Assembly (NCBI GenBank): GCA_025061115.1 | Contig: JANZKC010000004.1 | Span: 64,001 to 128,000, forward strand | Reading direction: 5' to 3' | DNA from: Candidatus Culexmicrobium cathedralense | GTDB lineage: Archaea > Thermoproteota > Methanomethylicia > Culexarchaeales > Culexmicrobiaceae | DNA: 64,000 nt | Shown: positions 50,757-60,894 of the stretch, piece by piece | Layout: each line of letters begins with the position of its first letter | Numbering within the stretch: the first letter of the stretch is position 1 | Program-made: the position numbers and the translations under genes | The notes under the pieces: generated by a model | Seen by the model: the letters and a program-made list of their open reading frames with translations, nothing else | Database searches by the model: none | What the model was told of the DNA's origin: nothing

Positions 50757-50832
50757 ATAATTGCTATTCATTAGTTGGATGTCCAATAGTAAACTTTTTA
50801 TACATTTTTGGACTAATTGTACATGATGAGAC

Positions 50833-51237
50833 ATGGCGGTTGAGCGCTTCATGAAAGTTGTAAGGCTTCCGGGCTTGAAGTTTGTGTGCATGCCGGGAAT
50901 GTGCGTAGTAAAGGTGGACAGTGAATTTAGGGATGTTGAATTGACGAAGAGCACATGGAGCAGATTCCATATAGAAGAAAAGTTAGATGAATACATCATA
51001 ACGGTGGAGCTTCCTGGAGTAGAGAAGAAGAATATTCAATTGTACGTTTCAGAGAGAAGCATGTTTGTTAAGGCAAAACCCACAGTAAAATTGCCTTGGA
51101 CTCCCGAAGTATTCAAAGTTAAATTGCCTTTGAAAAGTGACGTTGAGGTCAGTGGTGTGAGAGCGAAGTATGAAAATGGAGTACTAACAATCACCTTGCC
51201 GAAGAAGGTGGCGCCCAAGAAAATTGAAGTAGAGTAG
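50833..51237 (+). CDS. Hsp20/alpha-crystallin small heat shock protein
   Basis: VELPGVEK, AKYENGVLTITLPK. Confidence 0.92.
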   Translation: MAVERFMKVVRLPGLKFVCMPGMCVVKVDSEFRDVELTKSTWSRFHIEEKLDEYIITVELPGVEKKNIQLYVSERSMFVKAKPTVKLPWTPEVFKVKLPLKSDVEVSGVRAKYENGVLTITLPKKVAPKKIEVE

Positions 51238-51329
51238 ATCACAAGCAAGCATCAGCACTACCACCGCAATTAGGGGATCAGATAGGCTAAGTAAATTTCA
51301 CTTCAATATTTTAGCAAAATTTCAGTTGT

Positions 51330-52505
51330 TCAATCCTCTCTAACTAACCCTACAATTATTGCTATTCCAGCTAGTAGTGAGGCTACACTCAACGCTACTA
51401 CACCTTGAAATAATGCATACTTGTAGAGTGGATATGCTGCTAATGGTGCTGATGCATAGCCTAAAAACCTTATGAAGCCATACATTGATGCTGCAATTCC
51501 CCTGTGCTGAGGATCCACCTCCACTATCAACGTGTTTATGGGCGTGAGGCTCATTGTCGATGCGAAGCCCAGCATTAACATGAGTATTGGCATGTGCTCG
51601 TGCCATGTTGGCATTAGGAACGCGCTGAGCACCATAATGTAGAGCGCAAATCCAATAATGCTCGTTCTTCTCCTTCCAACTTTATCTGCTAAAAATCCCG
51701 TTATGAACCCTGAAATTATTCCCCCTATTCCTGAAAGCGATAAGTATGCTCCTATAATTTCGCTTTTCAGGCTGTGCGGAGGCAATGTTAAGTAGTCCGA
51801 TAGATAGGTGAGGAATGATATTCTTGAGAAGAATAGTATGAAGCCCAGAGAACATAACATCATCACTTTTGCATTTAATGCGATTGCCTTGATTCGCCAA
51901 AGCATCTCCATCGCATTTCCTCCGCCTTTGCTCCTTGCTTTTGGCATTAATATATGGATGAGTGGGGCACATGCTCCAGATAATGTTGCTAGCAGAAGGT
52001 ATCCTAGCCTCCAATTTGTTGATGCAAAGTAGCCTCCAGCTAATGGGCCCAAGGACCCTCCAAGAGTTACTGAAACTGCCATTAAACCCATAATTCGACC
52101 TCGAACTTCTCTTGGATAAAGATCTCCTACCGTGGCCATTACCATTGGAGTTACCAGTGCATTTCCAACTCCCTGAATTAACCTTGAAGCTATGAAAGTC
52201 CATATGTTTCTTGAAGATGCTATTAAAAATGATCCTATGCAGTAGGTTGCCGTTCCAATCGTAATCGTCTTCTTCCTTCCCAATAGCAGGTCGCTGATGA
52301 AGCCAGCGAAAAGCTGGAATATGCTGAATGGAATCATGTAAAGCGTTATTGATAGGCTGAGAAGGAATATTTCAACTTGGAAGTCGCTTTTCAAGGCTTT
52401 AAACATTGGCATTATCATGTTTCCGCTAAATGGACCCATAAATTGGATCGTTAGCAGAATTGCTAGTACCGCTAATTCCCTTAGCTTCACAGTTAACCCC
52501 CTCAC
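51330..52505 (-). CDS. MFS transporter (DHA1-like)
   Basis: 12 TM pattern, motif A GFLADKVGRR, RLIQGVG; start may be the GTG at 52490. Confidence 0.92.
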   Translation of the reverse strand: MRGLTVKLRELAVLAILLTIQFMGPFSGNMIMPMFKALKSDFQVEIFLLSLSITLYMIPFSIFQLFAGFISDLLLGRKKTITIGTATYCIGSFLIASSRNIWTFIASRLIQGVGNALVTPMVMATVGDLYPREVRGRIMGLMAVSVTLGGSLGPLAGGYFASTNWRLGYLLLATLSGACAPLIHILMPKARSKGGGNAMEMLWRIKAIALNAKVMMLCSLGFILFFSRISFLTYLSDYLTLPPHSLKSEIIGAYLSLSGIGGIISGFITGFLADKVGRRRTSIIGFALYIMVLSAFLMPTWHEHMPILMLMLGFASTMSLTPINTLIVEVDPQHRGIAASMYGFIRFLGYASAPLAAYPLYKYALFQGVVALSVASLLAGIAIIVGLVRED

Positions 52506-52837
52506 CCACTTACAATGAAATAGCCGTTAGTGACTGGCGTGCAACGGCAATCTTAGTGAGGCGCTTCATTGCTTAATTTCTTTTCATTCAAGTTTATAAT
52601 GACAACTCTTTGCAATTTGGCTTTGATTGTGTAGTTCAACTTAAACTTTGAGGGGACTGAAGCTGCTAAGCTGGGGCGTTATGCTTCGAATTCTTTTATT
52701 GGCAATGCCTCCAATGGTAGTCAAAGCATGATGTTAAATTAATTTTATATGTAAAGAAAAATTTATATATGTCCTGCCAAAGACTTTTCGCAGGCAGCAT
52801 TCATGGAACTGTGATGAGAGGCTCTAGGTGACATGAT

Positions 52838-54667
52838 GTGATGAGTGAAGTTAAGTCTAAAATTGGGAGTTTGGGAAGTAGTGGGGGAGGATTAAAGGTT
52901 AGGGCAATAATTTTAGGCGCCCTTTTTGCGACGTTGTTTAGTGCTATTAATGGTTATTTGAACATTAATTTTGGAATGAGCTTTGGCTATGGCCCGCTGG
53001 CAGTGATTATCGCGTACGCCTTATTTCACAAGTTGGGTGGGGGCTCCAGTAAGAAGGAGCTTTCCTTCGTGCTTATTGCAAGCTCATCCTCCTATACCGT
53101 TTACTATGCTTTGGGTTTCGTGCTGTACTTGTTGGAGACTGAAGGCAATGTTCAATTGCCCTCCTGGCTTGCTCCGCCTAAGGAGATTGCTTCGATGAAG
53201 AGCTTGGATTTACAGTACTGGATAACTCCAATCCTATTCATAATTTTCACTTACGTGTTGAGCATTGCAGTGGGCTTCATATACACCTTGGTTTTGAAGA
53301 GCGAGTTCATTAGAAGTAGGAGGATGGTTTGGCCATACGCTGCTGCTTCTGCTTCACTGGTTGACACGTGCTTCGGCGGTGAAGGTAAGGCTAGGCTTGT
53401 CGGATTATCAGCAATTATTGGTTTAGTAGTAACGTTCCTCCAGTTCCTCCCATCGTTTTGGGGCTATGATTTGACGATGATCAATTTAACGCCCTACCTT
53501 CCTGAGGGAATTGTATTCGCAGTATCGCTAAGCATTGCATTTGCATCTATAGGGTACCTGATAAGCGTGAATACCTCGCTCAGCCTAATGGTTACAGGTT
53601 TAATACTGTACTTCATAATTTCACCGGTACTGGTTCAGATGGGCGTGGTTGAGTACTCCACCGATCCAATGACGTTCTATAATAGTCTTGCATTCAACTT
53701 CTCGATTTCACCCGCCCTCGGCATTCTCCTCCTAGGCGGAGTGATAATCTCAATCATGGTTTTCCTAAAGAGCTTGTTTAAGAAGTCTCCAGGCAAATTG
53801 CAACAAAGCAGTGAGGAGGCTAATTTAGGGTACCTCCACCTGTACAAGGTGTTGATGAGAGGTCTGCTTTCAAATAAATTGTACCTTTCGGTGGTTGCAT
53901 TCTCTGCAGTTGCCATATTGAGTCTTGCTTGGATATTGAATCCGTTCAGCCCCCTCCCCCCAATAGTCTCCGTTCTCTTTGCTGCATACATCTTCTTTAT
54001 TGGAAGCTTCATAGAGTTCGTGCTCCTTACGAAGATGTCTGGGGAAACGGGGATGTCCATGGGGGTTATGTCCATATTCCTCTATGACCTGCCGATATTC
54101 AGTCTTGGCTATAGGGGGTATGCTGGCTACTGGGCTTACCAGTACTTCAGACCTAGCCCATGGATTGGAAATGGCGTTTTGCCATACATTAAGTATAAGG
54201 ATCAATTCGACGTTTCGCTTAAGGACGTGATTAAAGCCAAGATTGTCGGCTGGATTCCATCGCTGCTCTTCAGCATATTCTTCACGATATTTCTTTGGAA
54301 GTACATAGGCTTCGGGACATCCATAATGCCTGCAATAAGCTTTCTTCAAAGCAAACTGTACTTGAAAATGCTAGCTACGGGTAATATTGCTGGCACCATT
54401 AATCCATGGCTATTCGTTTCAGCAGGTATTGTTGGCGCTCTTCTCGAATTCTTGACTCCCGTATCCATGATTGGAATGGCGCTAGGACTATTCCTGCCAC
54501 CACAGTACATCATTCCATTTGGAATTGGAGGGCTGATAAGGTGGTATACGGACAGGAAGTATGGCAAGAACTTCTACAATGAGAAGGGGAGATTGATAGT
54601 CACAGGGCTTATGGCAAGCTCACTAATAGTTCAAGTAATAATGACGACAGTTACGAGGCTATTATGA
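52838..54667 (+). CDS. OPT/YSL-family oligopeptide transporter-like protein
   Basis: Many TM helices; WPYAAASA, GETG and GLFLPP..PFGIGG segments resemble the OPT family. Confidence 0.72.
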   Translation: MMSEVKSKIGSLGSSGGGLKVRAIILGALFATLFSAINGYLNINFGMSFGYGPLAVIIAYALFHKLGGGSSKKELSFVLIASSSSYTVYYALGFVLYLLETEGNVQLPSWLAPPKEIASMKSLDLQYWITPILFIIFTYVLSIAVGFIYTLVLKSEFIRSRRMVWPYAAASASLVDTCFGGEGKARLVGLSAIIGLVVTFLQFLPSFWGYDLTMINLTPYLPEGIVFAVSLSIAFASIGYLISVNTSLSLMVTGLILYFIISPVLVQMGVVEYSTDPMTFYNSLAFNFSISPALGILLLGGVIISIMVFLKSLFKKSPGKLQQSSEEANLGYLHLYKVLMRGLLSNKLYLSVVAFSAVAILSLAWILNPFSPLPPIVSVLFAAYIFFIGSFIEFVLLTKMSGETGMSMGVMSIFLYDLPIFSLGYRGYAGYWAYQYFRPSPWIGNGVLPYIKYKDQFDVSLKDVIKAKIVGWIPSLLFSIFFTIFLWKYIGFGTSIMPAISFLQSKLYLKMLATGNIAGTINPWLFVSAGIVGALLEFLTPVSMIGMALGLFLPPQYIIPFGIGGLIRWYTDRKYGKNFYNEKGRLIVTGLMASSLIVQVIMTTVTRLL

Positions 54668-54751
54668 ATAAAGCAAAAACTACGCGTTTTGATTGATTTG
54701 CAAACGAATTTAGTTGCTAAAGCTATTTTTATTAAATCAACTATAGTTTAA

Positions 54752-55405
54752 GTGGCGATGAGCATGGTTGAAGTTAAATTAAAGTATTTAGGTCATGCAA
54801 GTTTCCAGGTCGAATTTGACGGTAAAATCATATACATAGACCCTTATGCTGGGGAGTACGTGGAGAAGGCTGACTTGATCCTAATAACTCACTCCCACAG
54901 GGATCACTGCGACCCTGAAAAGATCGAAGCTGTCACGAAGGAGGGCACTCTAATTTACGGCCCAAGCGCATGCGAAGCCATAGTTAGAAACTTAAGGGTC
55001 ATCAGGTCGGGCGATAAATTCGACTTCAATAATGCGGTTATTGAAGCCGTGCCTGCATATAATGTCAGGAGATTTAGGTCGCCTGGATTGCCATTCCACC
55101 CCAAGGAGTTTGGAGTCGGCTACCTAATCACCATCGGGGATAGAACCCTATATCACGCTGGGGACACGGACTTCATTCCGGAAATGAGGCAGCTTCAAAA
55201 CATCCATGCAGCTATGCTGCCTATTGGAGGCACTTACACCATGGATGTTGAAGAGGCAGTTCAAGCTGCAATTGCAATAAAGCCAAAAATTGCGATTCCA
55301 ATGCACATTAGAGATGAGAATCCACTGGAGTTCAAGGAGAAGGTTGAAGCGAAATCCAATGTTGAAGTTGTGGTTTTAAAGCCTGGAAGCGAATTGAAGT
55401 TGTAG
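54752..55405 (+). CDS. MBL-fold metallo-hydrolase (UPF0173-like)
   Basis: LGHASF, ITHSHRDH, YHAGDT, PIGGTYTM, IPMH. Confidence 0.92.
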   Translation: MAMSMVEVKLKYLGHASFQVEFDGKIIYIDPYAGEYVEKADLILITHSHRDHCDPEKIEAVTKEGTLIYGPSACEAIVRNLRVIRSGDKFDFNNAVIEAVPAYNVRRFRSPGLPFHPKEFGVGYLITIGDRTLYHAGDTDFIPEMRQLQNIHAAMLPIGGTYTMDVEEAVQAAIAIKPKIAIPMHIRDENPLEFKEKVEAKSNVEVVVLKPGSELKL

Positions 55406-55407
55406 CG

Positions 55408-56056
55408 CTAGCAACTGCAAGTCTTACATGGATGTAGAATTCCTCCACATTCTTTCATTAGCTTAAAATCAGCTTTTCCGCACCAGCTAATTACTGTCTT
55501 CCTCCTTGGATAGTCTGGATCTGGCAGGAATTCTCCTATCGCCAGCAATTCATCATCTGTCAAGACGCGCTTTATTTCAATTAATGCCTTCACTTTATCT
55601 GGGAGCTCCCCCATTACTGCAATCGTGAAAGTCCTGTCGAAAGCATTGCTTGGGAAGGGTAGGTTGTGAATTGAGGCAACTCTGGGGTCCACATTGCTTA
55701 TTCCCTTTCTTTTAAGATTGTCATTAAGCTTCAAGATTGCCGTGGGCTCGATATCTACGGCTAAAAGTCTGCTGCTCAGTCTGGTCCTTCCTGCAGCTTC
55801 AATGGTAACGTTCCTGGGCCGCAACCCACCTCTAAAATGCACATGCCACTTCTGATGTCCATCCAATCGATCACTTTTGATGGCGGTTGTAATTTCCTCC
55901 TCAATGGATTATCGATGAAGCGGGCGATTGGTGCAGGTATGGGAAAGTGGATGTATCTGCGCATAATTCTAACTACTACCTCCACAAGTAGAAACCATCC
56001 AATAAAAATGATGAGCGACCAGTAAATTAGTGCGAAATAGTGGATTCGGTTAGCAT
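55408..56056 (-). pseudogene. Class I SAM-dependent methyltransferase with frameshifts
   Basis: LEVGCGPGT and TIEAA..AVDI..LPFPSNAFD lie in different frames (break near 55808); probable second break near 56036. Confidence 0.82.
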
Positions 56057-56320
56057 GATATTACACCAATTATAGTAAATTACGCTTTAATACGTATAAT
56101 TTGTGGGTTCGCATTCTAGGTTGGCGGCGCACATTACTCTTAAGCTAGCTGAAGATATTGTGTATATTGCATTGGCTTGGGCTTTGCACCCGTAGCTAAT
56201 TAAGTTTAACTTAATTTTCGCTGTCCCGCCCATCATGCATTATTTGGGTCAATAGGTTGGGCATGGCCAGTTTTCTCTGATGCCAAGTCACGTAAATATT
56301 CAAGTTGTCCATACAGTTAA

Positions 56321-57043
56321 GTGCAGGAAAATTCGGGTGGAAGAATGTTAAGCGCAATTTCATTTGACTTTGGGGGTACGTTAGCTCGAGAATTGAAGGA
56401 GGAGCATCAAGTATTCCATGAGATTCTGATGGATTTAGGTTATTCGGTTGAAGTTGAATTAGTTAAGGAGGCGCTTTCAGCTGCATGGGATTGGTGGCTT
56501 CAAGAAAAAGCTAGAACTGGGAGGGTGTGGAGTGAGGAAGCTCTTAAAGATGTGATAAAGCTTATTTTGAGGCGAGTTGGAGCGCTGGACATTGAAAAGC
56601 TTGTGTTGAAGGCGGTGGAGCTTTATCCATACAAGTTGGAATTTGAAGTTTATCCCGACGTAGAGCCTGCTCTCAAGAAGCTTGAGCAGCTGAGATATAG
56701 GCTCACTGTGATTTCCAATGCATCTTCCCAGAGGAATGTGGAAATCTACCTTGAAAAGCTGGGATTGAAACGCTACTTCGACTTAGTAGTTGTTTCTGGA
56801 ACCATTGGCTATGAAAAGCCAAATCCCAAAATATTTCATGCAGCAGCTGAAATGCTTGGCGTTGAGCCTAGGGAAATACTGCACGTGGGGAATGATTATG
56901 AGGCGGACTACTTGGGTGCGAAGATGGCAGGGCTTAAAAGCATATTAATCGACAGGGATGGAGTTCATGGAAATAAGCAGTGCAATAGGATATCGAATCT
57001 CACCGAGTTGCTTGGAATTCTGGGGAAGCTGGAGCAAATTTAA
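56321..57043 (+). CDS. HAD-family hydrolase
   Basis: FDFGGTL, ISN, KPNPKIF, HVGNDYEAD; start probably 56345. Confidence 0.9.
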   Translation: MQENSGGRMLSAISFDFGGTLARELKEEHQVFHEILMDLGYSVEVELVKEALSAAWDWWLQEKARTGRVWSEEALKDVIKLILRRVGALDIEKLVLKAVELYPYKLEFEVYPDVEPALKKLEQLRYRLTVISNASSQRNVEIYLEKLGLKRYFDLVVVSGTIGYEKPNPKIFHAAAEMLGVEPREILHVGNDYEADYLGAKMAGLKSILIDRDGVHGNKQCNRISNLTELLGILGKLEQI

Positions 57044-57064
57044 TTGTAAACTCCATTCACTCCT

Positions 57065-57260
57065 CTACTCAGCAACTTTAACTGTGGATTCACAGACGTC
57101 ATTTATGCCGCGTCCCTCAGCTTTAACTCTGATGGAGTATGTTCCAATCTCCTTTGGAATGTCCTGAAGGATCACCTTCCATCTCCCTTGGAATTTGAGG
57201 TTTCAACAGTGACTTCGCCCCAAGCAGTTGACACCTTCACATTGACTCCGGCTGCCCACT
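57065..57260 (-). pseudogene. Remnant of an Ig-like domain of a surface protein
   Basis: AAGVNVKVSTAWGEVTVETSNSK then, after a frameshift, RWKVIL..GTYSIRVKAEG..STVKV. Confidence 0.45.
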
Positions 57261-57491
57261 CCAGTCAAAAATTTTGCCGCCGACGGTGATGGGCGCTGGA
57301 GATCTATGCAATCTAATTCTATTAGGAAAAGCTGCGCAAGTAATAGTCACAAAAACACCAAAGTTCATTCACAACACGCGTATTAAAACGTTCCCGCAGA
57401 ACCTTGGTGAGGAAACGAAACTATGTTTAATGCCTGGAACTTTGAAGCTGGACTAATATGAGCGTATTCAACAGTAGGTGCGAGGCAACTG

Positions 57492-58100
57492 TTATCCAAA
57501 TGGATTTCCCAGCAGAAAGAAAAGCGATAGAAGCATGCCATTTAGGGCAGTTGCAATGAATCTCAGAAATCTTCCTGTTGAAATGTAGTGGATTGCCCCG
57601 AAAAGGATGCTCGAAATAGTTGTGGCTGCGAATGCATTAAGTGAAGTGCACAGATGGGATATGAGGAATCCCCTAAACACTGTTTCCTCGGGCAATGCTA
57701 TGTAGTAGAGCTGATCTCCAGCCTTCCATGAATGTCTTTGAGGTTGCGGAGGCGTATTTCCAAGCAAGTTAAATTTTTACCATTCAATTTTGCCTCAGCT
57801 ATCTTCTCGATGAGAATGACTACTTCAGAAGCTATCCATGAAGTGACTGTGAGCATCAAAATTTTGTGGCTCTGGAATGCATATCCACCAGTTAATTCCA
57901 GATATGAGTAGCGAGTAGAGAACGGGCACTACAGTCCAAGTTAGGAATACGGGGTGCTTAGCTAAACCTAAATTTCTTCTCCTTTTATGCTGGTCGCTTA
58001 GTTTCAACGAGTACTGTACGAACAATGGTATTGCCAATGAAGTTGCAATCGCATATATGGTGGCGAGATGGGAAGCGAGGCTGCTCTCCTCAATAATCAA
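57492..58100 (-). pseudogene. Fragmented CPBP (CAAX/Abi) intramembrane metalloprotease
   Basis: LPEETVFRGFL and LFGAIH motifs in a short fragment; upstream hydrophobic fragment in a separate ORF. Confidence 0.7.
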
Positions 58101-58207
58101 GTAGATTTGCCTCCAATATCATTAAATGATTTAGCACTCAAATTAATGATTGGCTTCTCACTGCTATGTGCAAGTTACTGGAATTAATGTTGGCTGAAAA
58201 GCATCAG

Positions 58208-58897
58208 TTAATTCTTCAGGATGCCGCTTCTCTTGAGGAAGTCCATAAATTTCCTCCAAACCTTGGGGTGGCAGTATATCTCTGATGTGTTGTTGTCGTA
58301 GGAGACCTCCACGTTCAAGTTGGGCTCTTCGCTCAGCACAAAGTCGGTTACGTGCTTCTCAACAAGCTTGAGTTCATCGTAGCTTGGAAGGAAGAATGCT
58401 ATAACCCTCTCATAATTACCCTTATTCCTCTTGAAGAAGGAGTCGATAACAAGCTTCAACTTTGAATAGACCTTTTCAGCCACCTTGAAATCCCACTTGT
58501 AGCCGAACCTCTCTATCCATGGAAAGAATGGGCAGTCATAAATTAAGTTGTAGCCTCTCCACTGAAAACTCCAAAACTCCTCGGGCTCTAAGGCTAATGG
58601 CACTGAGACGGTGATGAACTTCGAATCAACCAGCCTCCCCCTCAACTCGTTTATTCTCCTATAGAATTCATCGTGGGGCGGATGGTAGGGCTTGTAGAAT
58701 GAGCATGGAATTAAAATTAAATTTCTAACTCTTCCCAATTCGTACTCGCTTGCCATGAAATTCAGCCAATCCCTTATTGGGCTTTGATCAAGCTTCTCCA
58801 GAACTTGCCTTGGATCTGGGAGGAAGAGCTCTGGATTAATTTTCGGATTAAGCTTCAAAGCATGTTCAAGAGTTATTTTCCCAAGGCTCATCAACAT
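58208..58897 (-). CDS. Stand-alone ArcS-like (DUF5591) domain protein
   Basis: LIPCSFYKPY, TVSVPLALEPEE, IYDCP resemble the ArcS PCSxxKPY..SPLGxVP.E..YD motifs; overlaps queT. Confidence 0.72.
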   Translation of the reverse strand: MLMSLGKITLEHALKLNPKINPELFLPDPRQVLEKLDQSPIRDWLNFMASEYELGRVRNLILIPCSFYKPYHPPHDEFYRRINELRGRLVDSKFITVSVPLALEPEEFWSFQWRGYNLIYDCPFFPWIERFGYKWDFKVAEKVYSKLKLVIDSFFKRNKGNYERVIAFFLPSYDELKLVEKHVTDFVLSEEPNLNVEVSYDNNTSEIYCHPKVWRKFMDFLKRSGILKN

Positions 58898-59397
58898 TCA
58901 CCCACGTACTTCAGCAGGGCATCCATTCTGCCTTCAAGAACCTTAACTAGGCAGTAACCAAGCATGTTTATGGCTATTATGGACCCGATTAATATTCCTA
59001 GAAATCCAATCTCGATGGGGACATCAAATAGTATTGCCAAGTAGGATCCAACTATGCCGGAGATGATCAATGTTTCGGCTAGCAGTGCTATTAGTAGGGA
59101 GCCCCTAAATTTCCTTTTAGCTATGATGAAGCCAATTGAGGCGGCCAATAGATTCGCTAAACTTCCTCCAACCACATCGATGATTCCATACCCGCAATAA
59201 ACGTTTGCTATGATGCATCCTAACGTTGTTCCCAAGATTACCGGCAAGCCCATGATGGTGGATAGTGCGAGCAGGGCGTCGGCAACTCTAACTTGATAAA
59301 TGTGGAAGGATATTGGAGCTAAAGCTACAACTCCAGCCGCATAAACTGCTGCGAACATTGCTATTGAAGCCAGCAGCCTAACCCTTTTCTCAACCAT
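58891..59397 (-). CDS. queT: QueT-family 7-deazaguanine precursor transporter
   Basis: AAVY....LAPISF..YQVRVAD, G.TLGC.IAN, DVVGGS. Confidence 0.9.
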   Translation of the reverse strand: MVEKRVRLLASIAMFAAVYAAGVVALAPISFHIYQVRVADALLALSTIMGLPVILGTTLGCIIANVYCGYGIIDVVGGSLANLLAASIGFIIAKRKFRGSLLIALLAETLIISGIVGSYLAILFDVPIEIGFLGILIGSIIAINMLGYCLVKVLEGRMDALLKYVGEC

Positions 59398-59657
59398 TCA
59401 CTTCCCTCCTCGAAGTGCGTCAGCTTTAGGGGCAATCGGGTTTTGTTGGGAACTGCAATTCTGCTGCTGTATTTGTCCATACTTTTCCGTAAAAATATTA
59501 CTTTATACGTATAAATAATTTCCTTCTTCCAACCCAATTCCCTAATGCATGTTTATTCATTTTGAGTTGCTTCGCTTGGATTTACTTGACTTTGGATTTG
59601 ATTTTAATGCTCCTTTTCCTCGATGCTTTACTATTTTATATTGTCTTCATGGATTAA

Positions 59658-60827
59658 TTGTTGGGATGGAAATTGATGAGAAACTTATCGGTGCTGCTTG
59701 CTGTAAGCTTGATTGCAGGCATCTACTGGAGCTTGATTAACCCAATTTATCAGCCATTCGCATTGAGCTTGGGGGTTTCCATGACTCTGCTTGGCTTGCT
59801 CGAAGCAGTTAGGGGTAGGCTGGGCTTGATTACGACTTTGACTCAGCTTTTCGGTGGGTTGCTGGCCGACAAGTATGGTAGGAAAATTATGATGTTGGCT
59901 TCAAGCATGCTAACTATGCTTTGCTTAGCGTTGCACTTGTTGGCTGCAAGCTTCAATAGCATTCCAATATTCATTGCAGGTTCAATTATGATGGGGTTGT
60001 CTTGGCTTGGCCTGCCTGCATGGAATGCATTGACGATGGAGTCGGCTGGCAAGGATAGGAGGGGCTTAGCTCTAAGCTTGACGATGTTCATGAACATTGT
60101 TCCAGGAATAATATTTTCGCCGATTGGTGGTTGGCTCTCCGAGCATTATGGCTACTGGTCCATATTCGCCATAGGCGTTGTGATGGAGGCTTCTTGCTTC
60201 ACGATAATGCTTCTATTCCTATCCGAAACGATTGGAAGGAGGATTGCTGAAATTAATTTTAAGGATTTTATTGGAAGTTTGCTTCCTAAGGGCGATAAGC
60301 TGAGGAACCTCTACTTGGTGATGACTGTCGATTCGTTTGCTTGGGGTTTGGGCTCGACGCTCCTATATGGATTTCTAGTGGAGTGCTATAATTTTACCAA
60401 TGTTGAGCTGGGGCTTCTTTCAAGCATATTCACTGCTTCATGGGCATTAGCGCAGATACCTGCTGGAAAGATTACTGATAAGTATGGGGCTAAGGCGACT
60501 CTGATCCTTTCGGAGCTATTTGGAGTACTAACTTTAACATTATGGCTTGTAGCGGGGGACTTCACGTCATTCGCAGTTTCACATGTAATTTTTGGCGTTT
60601 CACCTGCACTTTGGATTCCTGCTTTAAACACGTACGTTGCGGATAGGGCGCCTGAAGGTAAGGTTGCAAGCACAATTGGTGGATTAATGGCTTTTAGGGG
60701 GTTAATTGCCTTTCCAGCTCCATTCATTGGAGGATTGCTTTACGATTTAACTGGCTATCACTTGCCCATTGCATTGAATTTCATTGGGACGTTGACTGCT
60801 TTGATAGCCATAATTTTCCTCCTATAG
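59658..60827 (+). CDS. MFS transporter
   Basis: GGLLADKYGRK and GKITDKYG motifs, 12 TM pattern. Confidence 0.92.
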   Translation: MLGWKLMRNLSVLLAVSLIAGIYWSLINPIYQPFALSLGVSMTLLGLLEAVRGRLGLITTLTQLFGGLLADKYGRKIMMLASSMLTMLCLALHLLAASFNSIPIFIAGSIMMGLSWLGLPAWNALTMESAGKDRRGLALSLTMFMNIVPGIIFSPIGGWLSEHYGYWSIFAIGVVMEASCFTIMLLFLSETIGRRIAEINFKDFIGSLLPKGDKLRNLYLVMTVDSFAWGLGSTLLYGFLVECYNFTNVELGLLSSIFTASWALAQIPAGKITDKYGAKATLILSELFGVLTLTLWLVAGDFTSFAVSHVIFGVSPALWIPALNTYVADRAPEGKVASTIGGLMAFRGLIAFPAPFIGGLLYDLTGYHLPIALNFIGTLTALIAIIFLL

Positions 60828-60894
60828 CATTAGTTTTGCTTGCAGAATTTGGATGTAAAAGGTTAATTAAGCATGTTTCATTTTAAATTATATC

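Noticed and set aside
52811-52860. Two GTGATGA motifs before the OPT gene
   Set aside because: No proper D box; better explained as SD and start-codon region
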